Shown in pieces: positions 22,810 to 31,367 of a DNA stretch of 64,000 bases; the stretch's first letter is position 1; every line of letters begins with the position of its first letter. The stretch is from Candidatus Rokubacteria bacterium 13_1_40CM_69_27 (GTDB taxonomy: Bacteria > Methylomirabilota > Methylomirabilia > Rokubacteriales > CSP1-6), in NCBI GenBank assembly GCA_001917535.1, contig MNEF01000106.1, positions 1,511-65,510 of the forward strand, given 5' to 3'. The notes under the pieces were generated by a model. That model ran no database searches and was not told the origin of the DNA. It saw only the letters and a program-made list of their open reading frames with translations. The translations under genes were made by a program, and so were the position numbers.

Positions 22810-24560
22810 TCCTCACCGCCGTCGACTGGGCGGTGATCGTCGCCTACTTCGCACTCTCGCTGACGATCGCGCTCGTCTACTCGCGGCGGGCCGGGGCCTC
22901 GGCGGAGGAGTTCTTCCTCTCCGGCCGCGCCATTCCCTGGTGGCTGGCCGGGACGTCCATGGTCGCCACGACCTTTGCCGCCGACACGCCGCTTGTGGTC
23001 ACCGGACTCACGGTGAAGTACGGGATCGCCGGCAACTGGCTGTGGTGGTCCATGGTCATGAGCGGCATGCTGACGGCCGTCTTCTATGCCCGCCTCTGGC
23101 GCCGGGCCGGCGTGATGACCGACGCCGAGTTCGCCGAGATCCGTTACTCGGGCGGAGCGGCGGCATTTCTGCGGGGCTTCCGGGCCTCCTACCTGGCGCT
23201 GGCCGTCAACTCGATCATCATCGGCTGGGTGACGGCGGCGATGGCGAAGATCCTCGGACTGACCCTCGGGGTAGGGAAGTGGCAGGCCACGATCGGTCTC
23301 TTCGTGTTGACCGGCCTCTACTCGGCGATCTCTGGACTGTGGGGCGTCCTGGTCACGGACTTCTTCCAGTTCGCCCTGGCCATGGCCGGCTGCATCGCGC
23401 TGGCATTCTTCGCCCTGGGCGCGGTAGGCGGGATGAGCGGGCTGCTGGCGGCGCTGCACGCGCGCTTCCCCGACGACGCGCCGCTGGGCATGGTTCCCGC
23501 CCTCGATTCGGCCTGGATGCCGGCCCTGACCTTCTTCGTCTACATCGCCGTCAACTGGTGGGCCTCCTGGTACCCCGGCGCCGAGCCGGGCGGAGGCGGC
23601 TACGTCGCCCAGCGGATCATGTCGGCCAAGGACGAGCGCCACGCGCTGCTGGCTGCCGTCTGGTTCAACATCGCCCACTACGCGCTCCGACCCTGGCCCT
23701 GGATCGTCGTGGCCCTCGTCTCGATGGTGCTCTACCCGGGGCTGGCCGACCCGGAGTCGGGTTACGTGCGCGTGATGGTCGATGTCCTGCCGCCCTTCTG
23801 GCGCGGCTTCCTCCTGGCAGCCTTCTTCGCCGCGTACATGTCGACGATCTCCACCCAGCTCAACTGGGGGGCTTCCTATCTCGTCAACGACGTCTACCGC
23901 CGATTCTGGGCGCCGGGGCGCGCCGAGGCGCATTACGTCGCCGTCGGCCGCGTCGCCACCGTCGGAATGATGGCGATCTCGGGCGTGGTCACCTACTACA
24001 TCGGCTCCGTGGAGGGCGCGTGGAAGTTCCTCCTGGCGCTCGGAGCCGGCACCGGGCTCGTGTACCTGCTCCGCTGGTACTGGTGGCGCGTCAACGCCTG
24101 GTCGGAGGTGAGCGCCATGACGGCGGCGCTGGTCGTGTCGCTCGTCGCCCAGTTCGCCTTCGGCCTCAGCGCCGACGATCCGCGCGGCTTCGCCTGGCTG
24201 CTGCTCACCACGACCGCGGCCACGACCGCCATCTGGCTCCTGGTGACCTTCCTCACGCCGCCGGAGCCGCCCGAGCGTCTGCGCCGATTCTATGCGCGGG
24301 TGCGACCGGGGGGCCCGGGATGGCGAGCCATCGTTCCGGAGGCGCGAGCGGACGGCGGTCTGGGAGCGGGGTTGATCCAGTGGGTGATCGGCTGCGTCGT
24401 GGTGTACCTGGGGCTCTTCGGCATCGGCGCGCTCGTGCTCGGAAGGCTCCGCGCGGGCGGCAGCGCCGTGGTCGTCGGCGCGCTGCTCGCCGCCTATCTC
24501 TGGCACGCCGCCGCGGACGCCCCGTCGCGCCGGCGGTCCGAAGCCCGCGTGGTATCATAA
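22806..24560 (+). CDS. Sodium:solute symporter family protein
   Basis: FFLSGR, SMVATTFAADTP, multiple TM helices, AAYMSTISTQLNWGASYLVND. Confidence 0.92.
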   Translation: MILTAVDWAVIVAYFALSLTIALVYSRRAGASAEEFFLSGRAIPWWLAGTSMVATTFAADTPLVVTGLTVKYGIAGNWLWWSMVMSGMLTAVFYARLWRRAGVMTDAEFAEIRYSGGAAAFLRGFRASYLALAVNSIIIGWVTAAMAKILGLTLGVGKWQATIGLFVLTGLYSAISGLWGVLVTDFFQFALAMAGCIALAFFALGAVGGMSGLLAALHARFPDDAPLGMVPALDSAWMPALTFFVYIAVNWWASWYPGAEPGGGGYVAQRIMSAKDERHALLAAVWFNIAHYALRPWPWIVVALVSMVLYPGLADPESGYVRVMVDVLPPFWRGFLLAAFFAAYMSTISTQLNWGASYLVNDVYRRFWAPGRAEAHYVAVGRVATVGMMAISGVVTYYIGSVEGAWKFLLALGAGTGLVYLLRWYWWRVNAWSEVSAMTAALVVSLVAQFAFGLSADDPRGFAWLLLTTTAATTAIWLLVTFLTPPEPPERLRRFYARVRPGGPGWRAIVPEARADGGLGAGLIQWVIGCVVVYLGLFGIGALVLGRLRAGGSAVVVGALLAAYLWHAAADAPSRRRSEARVVS

Positions 24561-24588
24561 TGGAACCTAACGTGCGTCGAGGAGATCG

Positions 24589-24891
24589 ATGACGAACATC
24601 CCCATCCAGGTCTACGGAATCAATCTCCTGGTCCGGCTCCTGCCCGAAGGCCCCGCCGACGTCCGCGTGCACTGCCCGAAGGGCTCGCCGATCCGCTACG
24701 GGGAGGTCGTGGCACGGGGGGATGGCTTCGACGAGGGCGCCAACGCGTTCCGAGAGATGCCGGGCCTCAAGACGATCGTCGCCTTCGAGGAGAGCGCCGA
24801 GGAGGTCGAGGGCCACTACTTCTACGTGGCCGGCGAAGAGTACCGCGTCATCCGTCTCGACGCGGTGATCCTGTCCTTCCCGCACGAGTAG
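24589..24891 (+). CDS. GroES/Cpn10-like small protein (divergent, orphan)
   Basis: IQVYGINLLVR, GEVVARGDG and GEEYRVIRLDAVI parallel the GroES strands; GAGGAG RBS. Confidence 0.6.
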   Translation: MTNIPIQVYGINLLVRLLPEGPADVRVHCPKGSPIRYGEVVARGDGFDEGANAFREMPGLKTIVAFEESAEEVEGHYFYVAGEEYRVIRLDAVILSFPHE

Positions 24892-24900
24892 TCTGAGCGA

Positions 24901-26130
24901 GTGGCGGTCGGATCCAGCATCGAAGCGGCTCTCGCCCACATCGATGAAGCGGAGCTGGTCGCGCTGACGCGCGACCTCGTCCGTATTCCGAGCGTCGTCC
25001 GTCCCGATGACTCCCACGCCACCGAGGGAGCCGTCGCCCAGTACATCGAGCGCTGGTTCGTCAAGGAAGGTCTGAACGTCGAGGTCCAGCCGGTCGCCCC
25101 CGGCCGGCCCAACGTCGTCGCCTGGCTCGGCGACAAGGGGGACGGCCGGTGCCTGCTGCTGGAGGGGCACACCGACGTGGTCACCGAGGGCAATCCCGCC
25201 GAGTGGCGCTACCCGCCCTTCAGCGGCCAGGTCGCCAACGGGCGCATCTGGGGGCGCGGTGCCGCCGACATGAAGGGTGGCCTGGCCGCGGCGATGATCG
25301 CGGCGGCGGCGATCAAGCGGAGCGGTGTGCCGCTGGGCGGCCGTCTGGTGGTCGGCGCGCTGGTCGACGAGGAAGGGGACATGCTGGGCGTCAAGCACCT
25401 CTGCGCGACGCCGATCGGCCAGGAGCTGGACGCCGCCATCATCTGCGAGCCAGAGCAGAACCAGCTGTGCCTCGAGCAGCGGGGCGTGGTCTGGGCCCGG
25501 GTGCTGATCCGCGGCCGCATGGCCCACGGGGCCATGCCGGAGGCGGGCGTGAATCCGATCGCGGGACTGGCGGCGCTCCTCCACCAGGCGCCCCGGCTGG
25601 AGCGCCGGCTGCGTCGACTCTGCCGGCGCAGCCGCTATCTTCGTCCGCCCACCGTCACGGCGACGGTGGTGCAGGCGCCCGTTCATGGCACGCCCCAGTC
25701 GAACGTCATCCCGTCGGCGGCTCAGGCGACGCTGGACATCCGTCTCACGCCGGGACCGGACGAGACCGTGGTGTCGGCCGAGATCGAGCGTGCCTGTCGG
25801 GCCGCCGCGGCGAGCGTTCCCGGCCTCAGTGTCGAGTGGTGGGCGCTCAACGGCTTCCGCCCGCCGACCACCGTGGACCGGCGCGAGCCTCTGGTGCGTG
25901 CCATGATGACGGCCGTGCGCCAGGCGACGAGGCGCCGGCCGGTTTTCGGCGGCGTGCCGGGCTCGACCGACGGCACGATTCTTCGGACGACGCGAGGCAT
26001 CCCGATCGTGACGTGCGGCCCTGGGAACCGGCTTATCGCGCACCAGGTGAACGAATGCGTCGAGGTATCAGACTTGGTCGATGCAGCGCGAATCTATGCC
26101 GGATCGGTCTTGAACTTCCTCAACCTATGA
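24901..26130 (+). CDS. M20 family (ArgE/DapE-like) metallo-deacylase
   Basis: GHTDVV, GRGAADMKGG, DEE, EP, AHQVNE. Confidence 0.92.
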   Translation: MAVGSSIEAALAHIDEAELVALTRDLVRIPSVVRPDDSHATEGAVAQYIERWFVKEGLNVEVQPVAPGRPNVVAWLGDKGDGRCLLLEGHTDVVTEGNPAEWRYPPFSGQVANGRIWGRGAADMKGGLAAAMIAAAAIKRSGVPLGGRLVVGALVDEEGDMLGVKHLCATPIGQELDAAIICEPEQNQLCLEQRGVVWARVLIRGRMAHGAMPEAGVNPIAGLAALLHQAPRLERRLRRLCRRSRYLRPPTVTATVVQAPVHGTPQSNVIPSAAQATLDIRLTPGPDETVVSAEIERACRAAAASVPGLSVEWWALNGFRPPTTVDRREPLVRAMMTAVRQATRRRPVFGGVPGSTDGTILRTTRGIPIVTCGPGNRLIAHQVNECVEVSDLVDAARIYAGSVLNFLNL

Positions 26131-27353
26131 ACGAGGACACGCCCCGGCTCCGTCCCCTCGAGGCCTCCCCGGTCGAGCACGAGGGACAGCGGCTCGTCGC
26201 CCTCCGCGACCCGGCGGGCTACACGACGTCGATCTTGCTCCTGCCGCTGCCGCTCCTCGAGGTGCTGGCGCTCCTCGATGGCCAGCGCTCGATCCTCGAC
26301 ATCCAGGCGGAGTTGGCTCGGCGCCACGGCGAGATCGTGCCGCGAGCCGACATCGAGGACGTCATCGCGGCGCTGGACGAGCACGGGTTCATGGAGAGCG
26401 CGCGGTTCGCGGCCCGGCGGGCGGCGATCGACCGCGCGTTCGTCGCGGCCGCGGTCCGGCCGGCAGCCCACGCCGGCAGCGCCTACCCCGTGGATCCGGG
26501 GGAGCTTCGCCGGGCCATGGATGCCTTCTTCACGACCTCCGGCGGGCCCGGTGCGATCGACCGCACGGCCGCGCGCGCCGACGGGCTCAGAGCCGTCATC
26601 GCGCCCCACATCGACTATCACCGCGGCGGCCCCGGGTACGCGTGGGCCTACCGCGACCTGGCCGAGCGGAGCGACGCCGACCTCTTCGTCATCTTCGGCA
26701 CCTGCCACGCCGGGATGCCCGACCCGTTCGCGCTCACGCGGAAGGACTACGACACCCCGTTCGGGCCGGCCCCCGTCGATCGCGACTTCGTCGAGCGGCT
26801 GGCCGCGCGCGCGGGCCAGGACTGTTTCGCCTCCGAGGCGGCACACCGTGTGGAGCACTCGATCGAGTTCCAGGCGGTCTTCCTCCGCTACCTCTCCGCG
26901 GGGCGGCGCGACATCGCGATCGTCCCCGTCCTCGCCAGCTTCGCCCACGAGGCGCTGGCCGGGCGCCGGCGCGTCGAGGACGATCCACGCATCCCCAGAT
27001 TTCTCGAGGCGCTGGGTGAGACGATCGCCGCCAGCGGACGCCGCGTGGCGCTCATCGCCGGAGCCGACCTGGCCCACGTGGGGCCGCGCTTCGGCGACCC
27101 CGAGCCGGTCTCGCCGAGCGAGCTCGACCGCATCGAGCGGGAGGACCGCGCCATGCTGGGGGCGGTGCAGAGCGGCGATGCCGCCGCCTTCTTCGAGTCG
27201 GTCGCGCGCGACAACGACCGGCGGAGGATCTGCGGGCTCTCCCCGATCTATGCCCTCCTGCGCGCGCTCGGCAGCGGCGCGGGGTCCCTGCGGCACTATG
27301 GCCAGTGGCCGGATCCTCAGGGCGTCGTCAGCTACGCCAGCGTGGTGTTTTGA
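26127..27353 (+). CDS. amrB: MEMO1-family (AmmeMemoRadiSam protein B) with an N-terminal PqqD/RRE-like extension
   Basis: RPAAHAGSAYP, IAPHIDY, GTCH, EHSIEFQ, GADLAHVG, RICG; ATGA overlap with the M20 gene. Confidence 0.88.
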   Translation: MNEDTPRLRPLEASPVEHEGQRLVALRDPAGYTTSILLLPLPLLEVLALLDGQRSILDIQAELARRHGEIVPRADIEDVIAALDEHGFMESARFAARRAAIDRAFVAAAVRPAAHAGSAYPVDPGELRRAMDAFFTTSGGPGAIDRTAARADGLRAVIAPHIDYHRGGPGYAWAYRDLAERSDADLFVIFGTCHAGMPDPFALTRKDYDTPFGPAPVDRDFVERLAARAGQDCFASEAAHRVEHSIEFQAVFLRYLSAGRRDIAIVPVLASFAHEALAGRRRVEDDPRIPRFLEALGETIAASGRRVALIAGADLAHVGPRFGDPEPVSPSELDRIEREDRAMLGAVQSGDAAAFFESVARDNDRRRICGLSPIYALLRALGSGAGSLRHYGQWPDPQGVVSYASVVF

Positions 27354-27808
27354 TGGCCACGCCCGAGAGCGAGTGGAAGCTCCCCCGGCTGCGCATCGAC
27401 GTCAACGGCGACTGGCTCGACGACGGCGTCGAGGTCACGCATCCGGGAGTCCTGGCGAACCTGCGCGCGAACCTCCGGCGAGACCCTCAGGGCTACTTCA
27501 TCCAGACCCGGGTGCGGATCCCGGTGGAGGTGGACGACGTTCCCTGGGTCGTCGCCCGGGTCGAGCTGAGCGGCGAGCGGCTGCACGCCGTCCTCAACGA
27601 CGGCACCGAGACCGACGTCGATCCCGCGACGATCAGGCTCGGCGTCGGCAACGTCCCCTACTGCGCCGCCAAGGGCGGAGGATTCGAGGCGCGCTTCAGC
27701 CGGGCCGCGGCGTTCCAGCTGCTGGCGCTGGCGAACTATGACGAGCGGACGGGCGAGGGAACGCTGCGCGTGGGCAGCCGCGAGGTCCCCCTGAGGCGAC
27801 GGGCGTGA
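27353..27808 (+). CDS. DUF1285-like protein
   Basis: LRIDVNGDW, PVEVDDVPWVV, PYC, ARFSRAA; TGATG overlap with amrB. Confidence 0.72.
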   Translation: MATPESEWKLPRLRIDVNGDWLDDGVEVTHPGVLANLRANLRRDPQGYFIQTRVRIPVEVDDVPWVVARVELSGERLHAVLNDGTETDVDPATIRLGVGNVPYCAAKGGGFEARFSRAAAFQLLALANYDERTGEGTLRVGSREVPLRRRA

Positions 27809-28272
27809 CGGGGAGGACCGTCGTGGGGGGACTCCTGGCGGCGGGGCTCGCCCTCGGTGCCGGGGCCTGGTGGCTGCGCGGCGATGGCGCGGGCTCGGTG
27901 ACCATCGACAGCATCGGCGATCGGGTGCAGACGGTCCCGCGGGGGCGGTGGCCCGTCTTCGCCGCCAAGCCCGAGGTGGCGGAGCTCTACCGCTTCGTCG
28001 CCACCGAGGGCGACTGGGCGGCCTCGGTGCCCTGCACGTGCGGGTGCGCGGATCTGGGCCACACCTCCAACCGCTCCTGCTACATCAAGGCGGAGACCGC
28101 CGAGCGCGTCACCTTCACCAGCCACGCCGCCACGTGAAGCCTCTGCCTGGACATCACGCGTGACGTGATGCGGCTCCGGGCGGAGGGTCACTCGCGCGCG
28201 GCGGCCCGGGCGGCGATCGACGCGAAGTATCTCCGCTCCGGCCGCCCGACGCCCACGCCGCTGCCGCCATGA
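27805..28272 (+). CDS. PCYCGC-family membrane-anchored protein, predicted selenoprotein (Sec111, 155 aa)
   Basis: PCTCGC...HTSNRSCY...HAAT-TGA(28135-37)-SLCLDI...IDAKY...PTPTPLPP. The family sequence continues in frame past the TGA, which occupies the first C of H-x3-CxxC. Confidence 0.85.
28152..28170 (+). promoter_or_regulatory. Candidate bacterial SECIS hairpin
   Basis: CATCACG-CGTGA-CGTGATG: perfect 7-bp stem, loop 21 nt after the TGA, G at loop position 2. Confidence 0.65.
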
Positions 28273-28286
28273 GGCGAGCGCGAAAG

Positions 28287-28316
28287 TTGACAGGTCAGAC
28301 CCGCGGTCGGTAGTGT
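28287..28316 (+). promoter_or_regulatory. Sigma70-type promoter candidate
   Basis: TTGACA-18 nt-TAGTGT upstream of the small Cys-rich ORF and the TRAP operon. Confidence 0.5.
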
Positions 28317-28339
28317 ACCGGCGCGGAGGGAGCACGGAC

Positions 28340-28558
28340 ATGAGGATCGACGAGTACAAGTGCGTGGCCTGCGGCACCATGTGCGGCCACGGCATGGTCT
28401 CCCACAACTTCGTCAAGAAGATGGTCGACTGGGTCAAGGAGGGGCGGCGCACGCCCGCGCAGGCCGCTCGCTACATGGCGCGGTTCTGCATCTGCGGCGT
28501 CTTCAACACGGTCCGCGCCGAGAAGCTCTTCGAGCAGGCGCGGACCCGGGGGGCTTGA
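28340..28558 (+). CDS. Small Cys-rich protein (72 aa)
   Basis: GGAGG RBS; GC3-rich codons; CVACGTMCGH and CIC motifs; 4 nt before dctP. Confidence 0.7.
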   Translation: MRIDEYKCVACGTMCGHGMVSHNFVKKMVDWVKEGRRTPAQAARYMARFCICGVFNTVRAEKLFEQARTRGA

Positions 28559-28562
28559 TCGC

Positions 28563-29549
28563 ATGGCACGTCTCGTCGTCGTTCTCCTCACCGCCTTCCT
28601 GCTCCTGCCGCTGGCTCGGCCCGAGCGGGCGGCGGCCCAGCAGGTGATCCGCCTCGGTCACGTCGCGTTTCCCGGCTCACTGTTCGACATCGTCGCCGCC
28701 GAGTACGCCAAGCGGGTCACCGAGGCCCTCAAGGGCAAGGTCGAGATGCGCGTCTTCCACTCCAGTCAGCTCGGCACCGACGAGCAGATGATCAAGGGCA
28801 TCAAGGTGGGCGCGCCGGAGATGTTTCTCCCGTCCACGATCATGAGCACGGTGGAGCCGAAGTACGGCGTCTTCGAGATGCCGTACATCATCGTGAGCCG
28901 GGCCCACATGAAGAAGGTGTCCGCGCACCCGGAGGTCCGGAAGGCGCTCTTCGATCCGCTGCCCAAGCAAGGGCTCCGCGTGATCGGCGTGTGGGAAAAC
29001 GGCTTCCGTCACATCACCAACAACGTCCGGCCCATCGTCAAGCCCGACGACCTCAAGGGTATCAAGCTGCGGGTGCCGAGCGGCGTCTGGCGCGTGAAGA
29101 TGTTCAAGGCCTACGGTGCCAACCCCTCGCCGATGGCCTTCGCCGAGGTGTACTCGGCGCTCCAGCAGGGCGTCATGGACGGCCAGGAAAATCCGCTGGC
29201 CCAGATCTGGTCGGGCAAGTTTCACGAGGTCCAGAAGTACCTGTCCATGACCGGCCACGTCTACTCGCCGGCCTACATCGTCGTGAGCGAGAGCTTCTGG
29301 CAGAAGCTGCCCCCGGACCAGCGCCAGGTGATCGAGGCCCTCGGCGCCGAGATGGGGGACTACTCCCGGGCCACCGGCGAGCGGCTGGACCGGGAGCTGC
29401 TCGAGAAGATGACGGCCGCCAGCAAGATGAACGTCAACGAGGCGGACAAGGAGGCCTTCATCAAGGCGTCAGCGCCAATCTATCAGGAGTTCGGCAAGGA
29501 GGTCGCCGGCGGCAGCGACCTCATCAAGCTCATTCAGTCCCTGCGCTAG
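28563..29549 (+). CDS. dctP: TRAP transporter substrate-binding protein
   Basis: Signal peptide, ENGFRH, DLKGIKLRVP, EVYSALQQGVMDGQENP. Confidence 0.95.
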   Translation: MARLVVVLLTAFLLLPLARPERAAAQQVIRLGHVAFPGSLFDIVAAEYAKRVTEALKGKVEMRVFHSSQLGTDEQMIKGIKVGAPEMFLPSTIMSTVEPKYGVFEMPYIIVSRAHMKKVSAHPEVRKALFDPLPKQGLRVIGVWENGFRHITNNVRPIVKPDDLKGIKLRVPSGVWRVKMFKAYGANPSPMAFAEVYSALQQGVMDGQENPLAQIWSGKFHEVQKYLSMTGHVYSPAYIVVSESFWQKLPPDQRQVIEALGAEMGDYSRATGERLDRELLEKMTAASKMNVNEADKEAFIKASAPIYQEFGKEVAGGSDLIKLIQSLR

Positions 29550-29600
29550 CCCCTGAAACGCCTGCTCGCGCTCCTGATCGGGGTCGTCGAGTGGTGGACC

Positions 29601-30071
29601 ATGGCCCTGATGGTGGCCATGGTGGCTCTGGTAACCATCGGGGTCTTCTTCCGCTACATCGTCAACGCCTCCCTTTCCTGGTACGACGAGTTCGCGTCGT
29701 ACCTGCTGGTGTGGCTGTCGTTCTATGGCGCGGTGGTGGCGACCTACCGCGGCCGCCACATCGGCTTCGAGACGCTGGCCGAGCGGCGGGGGCCGCGCGC
29801 CCGCCGCCTGATGGCGGTGGTGAGCGAGCTGCTGAGCATCGTCTTCCAGGGGGTGCTCCTCGTGTACGGCATCGCGCTGGTCCGGGCGGTGGGACACGAG
29901 ACCGCGGTGTCCATCGAGGGGGTCCGCATGGGCTGGATCTACAGCGTGCTGCCGATCAGCGGCGGCCTCATGCTCCTGGTGGGCCTCGTCCGTCTCGGCC
30001 TCCTCCTGCGGGGCGACGAGCGGCTGGCGCCGCCCGAGGCCCGCGCTCCGGTCGCGGTGAGGAGCGAGTAG
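29601..30071 (+). CDS. dctQ: TRAP transporter small permease (true start may be upstream, near 29553)
   Basis: VFFRY, WYDE, HI motifs; four TM segments. Confidence 0.9.
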   Translation: MALMVAMVALVTIGVFFRYIVNASLSWYDEFASYLLVWLSFYGAVVATYRGRHIGFETLAERRGPRARRLMAVVSELLSIVFQGVLLVYGIALVRAVGHETAVSIEGVRMGWIYSVLPISGGLMLLVGLVRLGLLLRGDERLAPPEARAPVAVRSE

Positions 30072-30077
30072 CCGCCC

Positions 30078-31355
30078 ATGGAGTGGCTGCTCCTGGCCAT
30101 CATCGTCGCGCTGACGCTCCTCAGCGTTCCCATCGCCTGGGCCCTGGCCCTGACGACGATCCTCTTCCTGGTGGTCAAGGGCGCGGCGCCGCTGACCCTC
30201 GTGCCCCTGATCCTGTTCTCCGGCGCCTCCAGCTTCCCGCTGCTCGCCATCCCGCTCTTCATCCTGGCCGGGGGGCTCATGGAGACGGGCGGCATCTCGC
30301 TCCGTCTGGTGAATCTCGCCCACAGCGTCGTCGGCTTCGTCCGGGGCGGGCTCGCCATGGCGACGGTGGTGGCGACCATGATCCAGTCAGAGATCTCGGG
30401 CTCCTCCGTCGCCGACGCCGCCGCCATCGGCAAGGTCGTCATCCCGGCCATGGGCAGGCGTGGGTACCCCCGGGCCCTGTCGGCCGCGATCGTGTCGAAC
30501 GCGGCCTCGGCGGCGATCCTCATCCCGCCCTCGATCCCGATGATCATCTACGCGTGGATGGCCGAGGTCTCGGTCGGCAAGATGTTCTTCGCCGGCTTCC
30601 TCCCGGGCTTCTTCGCGGGCGGCGCCATGATGGCGCTCTGCTACTACTACGCCCGCAAGCTCGACCTGCCCCGCGAGCAGTCCTTCTCGATCGTGCGGGT
30701 AGGCCGCGCCACCCGTGACGCCTTCTGGGCGCTGACCATCCCCGTCGTCATCTTCGGCGGCATCTTCGCCGGGATCGCCACGGCCACGGAGGTGGCGGCG
30801 CTGGCGGCGGTGGCCGCCCTCGCGATCGGACTCTTCATCTACCGCGAGCTCGGGCGGGGGAATCTGGTGGCCATCCTGAGAGAGTCGGTCTCCCAGACGG
30901 CGGTGGTCATGATGATCGTCGCCTGCTCGGCGGTGCTGGGCTGGTACCTCACCAGCGAGCAGATCCCCCAGAAGTTCGCCCGCGCCATCCTCGAGACCAC
31001 CACCAACAAGTACCTGGTGCTCTTCTTCCTGAACATCTTCTTCTTCGTGGCGGGGATGTTTCTGCACTCGGCGGCGGCCATCATCCTGATCGTGCCGATC
31101 GTCATGCCGCTCGTCCGCCAGCTCGGGATCGACCCGATCCACTTCGGGATCATCATCACGATCAACCTCGGGGTGGGCCAGCAGACGCCGCCAGTGGCCA
31201 CGGTGCTCTTCACCACCGCCGCCATCGCGGGACTGCCGTTCTGGGAGGTCTTCAAGGCCGGTTGGCTCTTCACGCTCGTGCTGGCGCTGGTGACGCTCGT
31301 CGTCACCTACTTCCCGCCGATGTCGCTCGTCCTGGTCGACCTGCTGTTCCGGTAG
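30078..31355 (+). CDS. dctM: TRAP transporter large permease
   Basis: LLAIPLFILAG, ISGSSVAD, IPPSIP, GIDPIHFG, TPP. Confidence 0.95.
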   Translation: MEWLLLAIIVALTLLSVPIAWALALTTILFLVVKGAAPLTLVPLILFSGASSFPLLAIPLFILAGGLMETGGISLRLVNLAHSVVGFVRGGLAMATVVATMIQSEISGSSVADAAAIGKVVIPAMGRRGYPRALSAAIVSNAASAAILIPPSIPMIIYAWMAEVSVGKMFFAGFLPGFFAGGAMMALCYYYARKLDLPREQSFSIVRVGRATRDAFWALTIPVVIFGGIFAGIATATEVAALAAVAALAIGLFIYRELGRGNLVAILRESVSQTAVVMMIVACSAVLGWYLTSEQIPQKFARAILETTTNKYLVLFFLNIFFFVAGMFLHSAAAIILIVPIVMPLVRQLGIDPIHFGIIITINLGVGQQTPPVATVLFTTAAIAGLPFWEVFKAGWLFTLVLALVTLVVTYFPPMSLVLVDLLFR

Positions 31356-31367
31356 TATCCTCGCGCC

